A stretch of DNA of 64,000 nt. Source: Planctomycetota bacterium (lineage in GTDB: Bacteria; Planctomycetota; UBA8108; SXIK01). Positions 29,336 through 37,719 of this stretch are shown one piece after another. A program made the translations under genes and the position numbers. The stretch spans positions 576,001 to 640,000 of the forward strand of contig CBDCXR010000004.1 of the NCBI GenBank assembly GCA_965223845.1, given 5' to 3'. Position 1 is the stretch's first letter, and every line of letters begins with the position of its first letter. The notes below the pieces were generated by a model, which saw only the letters and a program-made list of their open reading frames with translations, was not told the DNA's origin and searched no databases.

Positions 29336-30667
29336 ATGCCAACCGATGCGGACCTCCAGTTCGGACGACTCGCGATCAAGCACAAAGTCGTTTCGGAGGA
29401 GAAGGTCAAGGAGTGTCTCGCGATCTTGCAGAAGGCCGGAAACGGCCTGAGTCTCGGCGAGGTCCTCCTCCGAAAGGGATACATCACGCAGAAACACTTC
29501 GCCGCGCTGACACGAGCTGCGTCGAAGCCGGCTGCGCCGGCGAAGACGCCGGCGGATCTCGATCGCGATGCCCGGCAAGTGATGACGGCGCAGGAGGTCG
29601 CGGCGGCCGACTACTCGGGGCTCGCCGGAAAACCGATCGACGCGTACCTCGAGGAGGCGCGTCGCGTGGGGGCGTCGGACTTCCACTTTCAGGTCGACGC
29701 GCCGCCTTATTTCCGCGTACACGGCCAAATCGTCTACCTGAAGCATCCCGTGCTCAGCGCCGACGCGACGCAGGCGGCGGTGAAAGACTTCCTCGACGAG
29801 AAGCAGTGGCGAGAGCTCAGCGATCACATGAGCGTCGATTTCTGCTACGAGTCCGAGCACGGTCGCTACCGCGCGAACGTCTTCCGTCAGCGAAAAGGGT
29901 TCGACTCGGTGTTTCGCATCATTCCGCGTGAACTGCCGACGGTCGAGAGCCTCCACCTCCCGGAGGTGATCAAGAAATTCTGCGACTACCGCCACGGAAT
30001 CGTCCTCCTCACCGGTCCGGCGGGCTGTGGCAAGACGGCGACGATGGCGGCGCTCGTTCAGATCATCAACAAGAGCCGAAACGACCACATCGTGATGGTC
30101 GAGGATCCGATCGAGTACCTCATCGAGAGCGAAGGCTGCAACGTAAACCAGCGCCACGTTCACGTTCACACCGACAGCTTTGCGACGGCGCTCCGGTCGG
30201 CGATGCGCGCCGACCCGGACTACATCTGCGTCGGCGAGATGCGCGACCTCGAGACGGTCTCGATGGCGATCACCGCCGCGGAGACGGGCCACCTCGTCTT
30301 CGGAACGCTGCATACTCAGAACGCGACGCGGTCGGTCGATCGAATCATCGATGTCTTCCCGCCGAAGGAGCAGGAACAGATCCGCGCGATGGTGTCGGAG
30401 TCGCTCCGCGGCGTGGTCTCCCAGCAGCTCCTCCCGCGCGCGGACGGCCGCGGGCGCGAGCCGGCGGCGGAGATCATGTTCGCGACGTCGGCGGTGCGGA
30501 ACCTCATCCGCGAACGAAAGACCTTCCAGCTTCCCTCGGTCATCCAGACCGGCCTCAAGCAGGGAATGGTGAGCATGGACGACGCGATCGGCGACCTTCT
30601 CCGCCGGCAAGTGATAACGAAGGAGACCGCGCGCTTCCACGCGGAGAATCCGGCGCGATTTGACTAG
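29336..30667 (+). CDS. pilT: PilT-family type IV pilus retraction ATPase with N-terminal MshEN-like extension
   Basis: GPAGCGKT, EDPIE, VGEMRDLET, AETGHLVFGTLHT, AVRNLIRE. Confidence 0.9.
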   Translation: MPTDADLQFGRLAIKHKVVSEEKVKECLAILQKAGNGLSLGEVLLRKGYITQKHFAALTRAASKPAAPAKTPADLDRDARQVMTAQEVAAADYSGLAGKPIDAYLEEARRVGASDFHFQVDAPPYFRVHGQIVYLKHPVLSADATQAAVKDFLDEKQWRELSDHMSVDFCYESEHGRYRANVFRQRKGFDSVFRIIPRELPTVESLHLPEVIKKFCDYRHGIVLLTGPAGCGKTATMAALVQIINKSRNDHIVMVEDPIEYLIESEGCNVNQRHVHVHTDSFATALRSAMRADPDYICVGEMRDLETVSMAITAAETGHLVFGTLHTQNATRSVDRIIDVFPPKEQEQIRAMVSESLRGVVSQQLLPRADGRGREPAAEIMFATSAVRNLIRERKTFQLPSVIQTGLKQGMVSMDDAIGDLLRRQVITKETARFHAENPARFD

Positions 30668-30761
30668 GCGCGCCTCGCCGCCGCGTGAGTGACCGCGGGA
30701 CGATGATGCTCGCGACCGAAGCTGACGGAAGATCGATAGAGACTGCGAACGGATCGATACG

Positions 30762-31820
30762 ATGGCCAAAATCGACGCCTACCTGAACAAGCTCGCCGAG
30801 GTGAACGGCTCGGACCTCCACCTCACCTCGTTCGTCCCACCGAAGATTCGCGTGCACGGCTTGCTGCGAGCGATCAGTGACCGCTCTCTCGAGCCGGACA
30901 CTCTCCGCGAGATGCTCTACGAGATCCTCGACGAGCGTCGCGCCGAGATCTATCGCGAGCGCAACGACCTCGATCTCGCGTACGAGCTTCCGGGCATCGC
31001 GCGTTTTCGCGTCAATATGTCGATCACCCGGAACGGACCGGCGGCGGTGTTCCGATTGATTCCGGCCGAGATCACACCGCTCGAGCAGCTGAACGTCCCG
31101 ATGCAGATCCTCGACTTCACCGAGCTTCGGAGCGGGCTCATCCTCGTCACGGGGCCGACGGGCAGCGGTAAGTCGACGACGCTCGCGGCGCTCCTCGATC
31201 ACGTCAACCGGACGAAGCGCCGCCACGTGATCACGATCGAGGAGCCGATCGAATTCGTGCACAAGAACCGCAGGAGCTTTTTCTCCCAGCGGGAAGTCGG
31301 CGAGGACGCGGAGTCGTTTGCGAGCGCTCTTCGCGCCGCCACGCGGGAGGATCCGGATATCGTGCTCGTCGGCGAGCTCCGCGACCCCGAGACGATCGGG
31401 CTCGCGATCACCGCGGCGGAGATGGGCTGTCTCGTCTTCGCGACGCTCCATACGAACTCCGCGGCGAAGACGGTCGACCGCATCATCGACGTCTTTCCGG
31501 AATCGCAGCAGAACCAGATTCGCACCATGCTCGCCGAGACGCTGAAAGGTGTCTGCGCGCAGTTGCTCCTCCCGCGCGCCGACAAGGGGCGCGTGCCGGT
31601 GAACGAGATCCTCACCGGCTCCTTCGCCCTCAGTAGCGTGATCCGGGAAGGATCCGTGTCGAAGATCGTCTCGATCATCGAGGGGGGGCGTGGAGCGGGC
31701 ATGCAGCTCATGGACGACGCGATCATGGATCGCCTCAAAGCTGGCGAGATCTCGGGCGAGACCGCGTATCTCTTCGCGTCCAACAAGCCGCGCTTCGAGC
31801 GCTTCGCGAAGACCGCGTAG
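30762..31820 (+). CDS. pilT: Second PilT/PilU-family ATPase
   Basis: GSDLHL, GPTGSGKSTTLAA, REDPDIVLVGELRD, ATLHTNSAAKTVDRIIDVFP. Confidence 0.88.
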   Translation: MAKIDAYLNKLAEVNGSDLHLTSFVPPKIRVHGLLRAISDRSLEPDTLREMLYEILDERRAEIYRERNDLDLAYELPGIARFRVNMSITRNGPAAVFRLIPAEITPLEQLNVPMQILDFTELRSGLILVTGPTGSGKSTTLAALLDHVNRTKRRHVITIEEPIEFVHKNRRSFFSQREVGEDAESFASALRAATREDPDIVLVGELRDPETIGLAITAAEMGCLVFATLHTNSAAKTVDRIIDVFPESQQNQIRTMLAETLKGVCAQLLLPRADKGRVPVNEILTGSFALSSVIREGSVSKIVSIIEGGRGAGMQLMDDAIMDRLKAGEISGETAYLFASNKPRFERFAKTA

Positions 31821-32041
31821 CACCGCGACGAGCCGCGGCCAAAGCCCGGGCTTCTCAGCGGATTCAGTGAGCGAGCCAGCGAGCCACCACAAGGTGCGCG
31901 TGGACGAGGAAGTGGCGCGGCACGGACCGGAGGTGTGCTCATTCCGCAGTTCGGATCTGCGTGCGACGCATCCGTGGCTCGATTCGCGTCTCGCGGTGGC
32001 GGAGTAGAATCTGGTGAGGAATTCGGGCTAAACTTCGCGCG

Positions 32042-33091
32042 ATGAGCAAGCGTCCACGGAAGATTCTCGTCATCGCGCCGAGCTGGGTCGGCGACATCGT
32101 GATGGCCACGGGACCGCTCGCCGCGCTCCGCGCGTCGGCTCCCGACGGGGAGATCGCCGTCCTCGTCCGTCCCGGCCGCGACGGCATCATCTCTGGCTCG
32201 GGCGATGTCGATGAGGTCATCGTCGATCGGAGCGGGAAGCGCTGGCGGGGGCTCTGGAGGCTAGCCCGCGAACTCCGCGCGCGACGCTTCGATCTCGCCC
32301 TCGTCCTCCCGAACTCCTGGCGTTCGGCGGCGCTCGCCGCGCTCGCGCGGATCCCGGCCCGCGTGGGGTACCGCCGAGACGGTCGGGGGATCCTCCTGAC
32401 GGCGGGAGTCGAGTACGAGCGCGACGAGAGCGGGCGCCGCGTCCCCGTTCCGATGCCGCTCTTCTACAAGAAGCTCTTTGCGCGCGCCGGCGTCGAGGTC
32501 GCTGATACGCACCCGCGTCTCGGCGTTACCGACGAGTGCGAGCGCGAAGCGACGGCGATCCGCGAGCGGCTCGGAATCGCACCGGGCGAGAAGCTCATCG
32601 GTCTCAATCCCGGCGCGTCGTTCGGCGCGAGCAAGCTGTGGCCTCCCGAGTCCTTCGCGCGCGTGGCCGACGCGCTTTTCGAGGCCCGCGGGCTCCGCTC
32701 GATCATCTTCCTCGGCCCCGGCGAAGAGGCGATCGGCGACGCGATCGCGGCGCACGCGTCGTCGCCCGTCATCAATACGGCGAGCGAGATCCTCGGGCTC
32801 GACGTCCTCAAGCCCTTCGTCCGTGATCTCGTCCTTCTCGTGTCGACCGATACCGGACCCCGCCAGTACGCCGTCGCGTTCGGAGTCCCGGTGGTCGTCG
32901 TCATGGGGCCGACGGATCCGCGCTACTCCGGGATCCATCTCGAGCGCTCGGAAGTTGTGCGCCACGACGTCCCTTGCGGGCCGTGTCACCTCAAAGTCTG
33001 TCCGATCGACCACGTCTGCATGGTCGGAATCACGCCGGAGGAGGTGCTCGAGCGGATCGCTGCGCTCGACGAACGAATCGGCGTGTTCTGA
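32042..33091 (+). CDS. waaF: LPS heptosyltransferase II (GT9)
   Basis: KILVIAPSWVGDIVMA, LPNSWRSA, PGASFGASKLWP, DTGP. Confidence 0.9.
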   Translation: MSKRPRKILVIAPSWVGDIVMATGPLAALRASAPDGEIAVLVRPGRDGIISGSGDVDEVIVDRSGKRWRGLWRLARELRARRFDLALVLPNSWRSAALAALARIPARVGYRRDGRGILLTAGVEYERDESGRRVPVPMPLFYKKLFARAGVEVADTHPRLGVTDECEREATAIRERLGIAPGEKLIGLNPGASFGASKLWPPESFARVADALFEARGLRSIIFLGPGEEAIGDAIAAHASSPVINTASEILGLDVLKPFVRDLVLLVSTDTGPRQYAVAFGVPVVVVMGPTDPRYSGIHLERSEVVRHDVPCGPCHLKVCPIDHVCMVGITPEEVLERIAALDERIGVF

Positions 33092-33102
33092 TGTCGCGAC
33101 GT

Positions 33103-34077
33103 TCAACCGCGGTGAGCGGGAAACTCGACGACGACCTTGAGCGCGCCGTCCTTCTTCGCGTGGAACGTCTCGAATGCGGTCTGAATCTCCGCGAGCTCGT
33201 AGCGGTGGGTGAGAAGTGGAGCGAGGTCGATTCGGTCTTCGGAAATCCACCGCATCGCGAGGGGGAAGTCGAGGTCGAAGTCGGGATTCACGCTCGTGTG
33301 AACGCTGATGTTCTTGAAGAACAGCTTTCGCCACGCAACTTCGTGGAGCATCTCCTCCGGGACGCCGAAGAAGAGGATTCGTCCCATGTGACGGCAGAGG
33401 TCGACACAGAAATCGAGCTGCTGATTCGAGTGCCCGACCGCCTCGATCACGACGTCGGCCATGCGGTCATTCGTGAGTCGGGCGACGACCGCCGCTACGT
33501 CCTCTTTCGAGCTGTCGACGATCGTCGTTGCACCCATCGTCTCACTGCTCGCGAGCCGGCTCGCCAGTCGGTCGACGCCGATGATGTGCCGGGCGCCGAG
33601 ATTCCGGAGCGCCGCGTTGAAGATCTGCCCCATCGGGCCTTGGCCGACGACGACGACATCGAGGCCGAGAAGGTTCGGCAGCTTTCTGAGCGCGAAGATC
33701 GCGGTCCCGAGTGGTTGGGCGAGCATCGCGATCTCGGGCGGTCGGCGCGGGTCGAGCGGGATCGCCCGCTGCTCGCTGACCGCGTAGCGCTCGAACAGTC
33801 CAACCTGCCCGACCGGAACCGCGAGCACCTTGTCACCTTCGCGGAAGCGTTCGCCGTTCGTCGCGACGACCGTGCCGATCATCTCGTGCAGGGAGAGCCC
33901 GTCCTCGAGTGGATACGACGGGTGCTCGCCGGCGAAGAAGGGAAGGTCGGAACCACAGAGACAGGTGATCTCTGGCTGGAAGATGATCCGGGGTTCGTCG
34001 CCCGAATTCTCGAGGGTCGGCTCGGCGATGTCGACCAGCTCGATCTTCTCTCTCGCTACGATGCGTCCGGCTAGCAC
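33103..34077 (-). CDS. Zinc-dependent medium-chain dehydrogenase (no structural-Zn loop)
   Basis: LCGSD, LHEMIG, GQGPMG Rossmann motif, DVVIEAVG, THRY. Confidence 0.85.
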   Translation of the reverse strand: MLAGRIVAREKIELVDIAEPTLENSGDEPRIIFQPEITCLCGSDLPFFAGEHPSYPLEDGLSLHEMIGTVVATNGERFREGDKVLAVPVGQVGLFERYAVSEQRAIPLDPRRPPEIAMLAQPLGTAIFALRKLPNLLGLDVVVVGQGPMGQIFNAALRNLGARHIIGVDRLASRLASSETMGATTIVDSSKEDVAAVVARLTNDRMADVVIEAVGHSNQQLDFCVDLCRHMGRILFFGVPEEMLHEVAWRKLFFKNISVHTSVNPDFDLDFPLAMRWISEDRIDLAPLLTHRYELAEIQTAFETFHAKKDGALKVVVEFPAHRG

Positions 34078-34180
34078 GTGGGTTCTCTCGGCGTCACTGC
34101 GTCGTTTGCTTTTCGATGGGGGGGAGTATATCCTCTCTCGCCTTTCCCGGACAGACGACCGACCTTTCGAGGCTCTTCCC

Positions 34181-35665
34181 ATGACGGTGGACCCCGAGCT
34201 CGTCGAGAAGCGCGCCGAGCTCATTCGATCCGGAACGAATCCGTATCCGTACTCGTTCGATCGTTCTCATTCGCTCGCCGAAGTCCGAGCGCAGCAGGAT
34301 GCACTCATCGATCGCGAGGTGCGCGTCGCCGGCCGCCTCGTGGCGTACCGCGGGAAGGGAAAGATGATCTTTGCCGACATCGCGGACGCGAATTCGCGTA
34401 TGCAGGTGATGTTTCGGAAGAATCACTACGACGAAGCCGCCTGGGACATCGTTCGGCGGAAGCTCGATGTCGGAGACTGGATCGGCATCACGGGGCCCGT
34501 ATTCATTACGAAGATGGGCGAGCTCACCGTCGAAGCGAAATCGACGGAGCTCCTCGCCAAGACGACCATGCGCGTCCCGATCCCGAAGTCGAAGGACGAG
34601 AAGTCCTTCTTTCAGCTCGCCGATCCCGAGACGCTGTACCGCGAGCGCTATCTCCACTGGATCACCGATCCGTCCGCGCGCGAGATCGTCGCCACGCGGG
34701 CGCGGATCATTCGCGCCATCCGGCACTTTCTCGACGAGCGAGCGTTCCTGGAAGTGACGACGCCGACCATCGAGATGAATTACGGCGGCGCCGAAGCCCG
34801 TCCGTTCGAGACGGAGATCCACGCTCTCTCCGGGCAGCGGGCCTTTCTCCGCATCTCGCCCGAGCTCCCGCTCAAGCGTTTCATCGTCGGCGGCTTCGAG
34901 AAGGTCTACACGATCTGCCAGAACTTTCGGAACGAGGGAATCGACCGCAGTCACAATCCCGAGTTCACAATGCTCGAGTGGTACGAAGCGTTCACCGACT
35001 ACCACTATCAGATGGAGCAGTTCGAGACGCTCGTCTCGACGGTCGCCGAGGAAGTGACCGGCGGAATGAAAGTGGTCTACGAGGGCACGGAGATCGATTT
35101 CACGCCGCCGTGGCGTCGATTGACGGTGCTCGATGCGCTGAAGGAGCGCGGCATCGACGCCGGGGGGATGGATGAGGCCGGTTTGCGAGCCGAGCTCACG
35201 AAGCGGGGGATCGAGGTGCCGAATCCGTTCTCGTGGGGACACGCGGTTGCCGCGCTCTTCGAGGAGCTCGTCGAACACGAACTCGTTCAGCCGACTTTCG
35301 TTTGCGATCACCCCGTAGCCATTTCCCCCCTCACGAAGGCGAAGCGGGGAGACGATCGACTCGTGGAGCGTTTCGAGCCGATGGTTGCGGGGATGGAGAT
35401 CGGGAACGCGTACAGCGAGCTCACCGATCCCATCGAGCAGCGGGCTCGACTCGAAGCTCAGCGCGATTTCGGACCGGATGATGACGGGGTCGAGCACCAC
35501 CCGCTCGACGAGGACTTCCTCAAGGCGCTCAGTTGCGGTATGCCGCCGACCGGCGGGGTCGGTCTCGGCGTCGATCGGCTCGTGATGCTCCTCACCGATC
35601 AGCACTCGATTCGCGATGTGATTCCATTTCCGATGATGCGCCGTCAGGATTCCGGCGGAGATTGA
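34181..35665 (+). CDS. lysS: Lysine--tRNA ligase (class II)
   Basis: GGAEARPF, LRISPELPLKR, FRNEGIDRSHNPEFTMLE, GMPPTGGVGLGVDRLVM. Confidence 0.98.
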   Translation: MTVDPELVEKRAELIRSGTNPYPYSFDRSHSLAEVRAQQDALIDREVRVAGRLVAYRGKGKMIFADIADANSRMQVMFRKNHYDEAAWDIVRRKLDVGDWIGITGPVFITKMGELTVEAKSTELLAKTTMRVPIPKSKDEKSFFQLADPETLYRERYLHWITDPSAREIVATRARIIRAIRHFLDERAFLEVTTPTIEMNYGGAEARPFETEIHALSGQRAFLRISPELPLKRFIVGGFEKVYTICQNFRNEGIDRSHNPEFTMLEWYEAFTDYHYQMEQFETLVSTVAEEVTGGMKVVYEGTEIDFTPPWRRLTVLDALKERGIDAGGMDEAGLRAELTKRGIEVPNPFSWGHAVAALFEELVEHELVQPTFVCDHPVAISPLTKAKRGDDRLVERFEPMVAGMEIGNAYSELTDPIEQRARLEAQRDFGPDDDGVEHHPLDEDFLKALSCGMPPTGGVGLGVDRLVMLLTDQHSIRDVIPFPMMRRQDSGGD

Positions 35666-35775
35666 GCCGGCTCCGAAGCGCGGAGCGTTCGTCGTGCGCA
35701 GAGGTCGCGAGAACGGCGGCGATCGGCGAGAATTCGTCCGTCGCTCCTTCGCCTCGTCCGCGAGATAATCGGTTC

Positions 35776-37677
35776 ATGCTGATCTCCGCGCGTTCGATCG
35801 CCATTCTCGGGATCCTGGGGCTCCTCAGCGGGGGCCTTGCCCTCGCGACGAACGAAGAACCGCGCGAGGCCGGTGAGACGATCGAGCTTCCGCGCCGGCT
35901 CGAGGGTGTCACCGGTCCGCTCGATTGGGTGTTCGAGCGCGTCGAGACCGGCTCCGATCCGTTCGTCTCGGAAGAGGTCCACGATCGCATCGCGACCGCG
36001 ATCGAGCGCTGGCTGACGTACGTCCGGGAGGATCGATCGGAATCTTTCGTCGGCCCGCTCCCGCCCGAGGAGCCGTTGCCACCCGATGATCCGCTGCGCG
36101 CATTCCTCGCCGCGTCGTTTTCCGCTGAGCACCCCGCGCCGAGTCCGTTGGAGAGGCGATACGATCGGGGCGGGCTCGTTGTCGAGCGCGCGCGATTTCG
36201 TGCGGCGGGTCGTCCCGGATCGGATCCGGTGAGAGTGGGAGCGCGGTCTCTCCATCGCGCCCTCCGCACTCAGTTCGCGTGGCTGGGGACGCCGCGGGAC
36301 ACGAGACGGAAAATCGTACGCGTTCGCGTCGGGCGAGACGATCGTTCCGCGACGGTCCGCATCCTTTGCGAAGCGGACGGGATCGTTTCGTCGGCGCTCG
36401 GGACTGCGCCCGGCCGGCGCCAGTTCCGCGCGATCTGGGACCTCGACTGGATCCGCGAGCCGGTGGGGTGGCGACTCGCGCGCTTGAAACCGATCGCGTT
36501 CGAGCGCGCAGCCTGGCGCTCTCCGCCGTTCGCCGACGTCACCCGTCCGGCGTTCGGCGAGATCCCCGCGTTTCGGGATCAGCTTGCGCTCGGCACCGAT
36601 GCTTGGCGTGCGCGTCTCGACTCGGCGACGGGGATCGACATCTACGGCCACCAAGGCGTGAGCGTTGGCGATTACGACGGTGACGGTTGGGAAGATCTCT
36701 ACGTCGCGCAGCCGGCGGGCCTTCCGAATCGCCTCCTTCGCAACCGCGGGGACGGGAGCTTCGAGGACCGAACGCGCGGGTCCGGTCTCGATGTTCTCGA
36801 CGTCACCGGCGGCAGCCTGTGGATCGAGCTCGACGAGGACGGTGACGAAGACCTGGTGGTTGCGACGGGGCTCGCAGTGCTCGTGTTCGAGAACCGCGGT
36901 CGCGGAACGTTCCGCCACCGGGCCGATGCGCTCGCCGGAGCTTCGTCCGACGGTGCGTCGGCGATGGGCTGCGCGGCGAGTGACTACGACGGCGACGGCG
37001 ACCTCGACCTCTACGTCTACAGCTATCTCTTCTGGGCCGGCGCCGGCGCGAAGAGTCAGAGCACGTATCCGTACCCGTACCACGATGCGAACAACGGCGC
37101 GCCGAACGCCCTCTTTCGAAACGATGGCGGCTTTCGATTCACCGACGTCACCCGGGCCGCCGGAATGGAGCGCGCGAATCGACGCTTTTCCTTCGCGGCT
37201 TCGTGGTGCGACTACGACGAGGATGGCGATCCGGATCTCTACGTCGCGAATGACTTCGGCTCGAACAATCTCTACCGCAATCGCGGTGACGGCCGCTTCG
37301 ACGAGGTCGCCCGCGAGAGCGGCGTCCTCGATACGGGGAACGGGATGAGCGTCACCTGGGAGGATGTCGACGGCGACGGCCGCTTCGATCTCTACGTCGG
37401 GAACATGTGGTCGTCGGCCGGCGCGCGCCTTTCCGAGCAAGCTCGCTTCCGCGAGTCGAGCGGCGATCTCCAATCGCTCTACCGCCGAATGTCGCGCGGC
37501 AATTCGCTGTTCCGCAATCGCGGCGATGGCGGCTTCGACGACATCACCACACAGAGCGGAGCCGCCTTCGGGCGTTGGTCGTGGTCGGCGCAGTTTCTCG
37601 ATCACGACGGCGACGGTCGGCGCGAGCTCTACGTCGCGAACGGGTTCGTGACGAACACGGAGAAGCGCGATTTGTGA
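35776..37677 (+). CDS. Exported FG-GAP/CRTAC1-like repeat protein; N-terminal part of a probable UGA-recoded gene continuing to 39798
   Basis: Signal peptide; DxDxDGxxDL repeats (DYDGDGWEDL, DYDGDGDLDL, DYDEDGDPDL, DVDGDGRFDL); ends RDL-TGA in frame with the next ORF. Confidence 0.85.
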   Translation: MLISARSIAILGILGLLSGGLALATNEEPREAGETIELPRRLEGVTGPLDWVFERVETGSDPFVSEEVHDRIATAIERWLTYVREDRSESFVGPLPPEEPLPPDDPLRAFLAASFSAEHPAPSPLERRYDRGGLVVERARFRAAGRPGSDPVRVGARSLHRALRTQFAWLGTPRDTRRKIVRVRVGRDDRSATVRILCEADGIVSSALGTAPGRRQFRAIWDLDWIREPVGWRLARLKPIAFERAAWRSPPFADVTRPAFGEIPAFRDQLALGTDAWRARLDSATGIDIYGHQGVSVGDYDGDGWEDLYVAQPAGLPNRLLRNRGDGSFEDRTRGSGLDVLDVTGGSLWIELDEDGDEDLVVATGLAVLVFENRGRGTFRHRADALAGASSDGASAMGCAASDYDGDGDLDLYVYSYLFWAGAGAKSQSTYPYPYHDANNGAPNALFRNDGGFRFTDVTRAAGMERANRRFSFAASWCDYDEDGDPDLYVANDFGSNNLYRNRGDGRFDEVARESGVLDTGNGMSVTWEDVDGDGRFDLYVGNMWSSAGARLSEQARFRESSGDLQSLYRRMSRGNSLFRNRGDGGFDDITTQSGAAFGRWSWSAQFLDHDGDGRRELYVANGFVTNTEKRDL

Positions 37678-37719
37678 AGTTTCTTCTGGCGGCAGGTCGT
37701 GCCGCGCGCCACGGGGAGA
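37675..37719 (+). promoter_or_regulatory. In-frame UGA plus candidate bacterial SECIS element
   Basis: TGA at 37675-37677; 11-nt spacer; stem GCGGCA (37689-94), loop GGTCG, TGCCGC (37700-05); possible lower stem TTTCTTC/GGGGAGA. Confidence 0.7.

Noticed and set aside
33103-34077. MDR dehydrogenase missing the four-Cys structural zinc loop
   Set aside because: A common variant within the MDR superfamily; not notable.
37675-37677. Genome-wide UGA reassignment as the explanation for the in-frame TGA
   Set aside because: Many genes here end at TGA as a normal stop (secDF, pssA, trpE and trpG overlaps).
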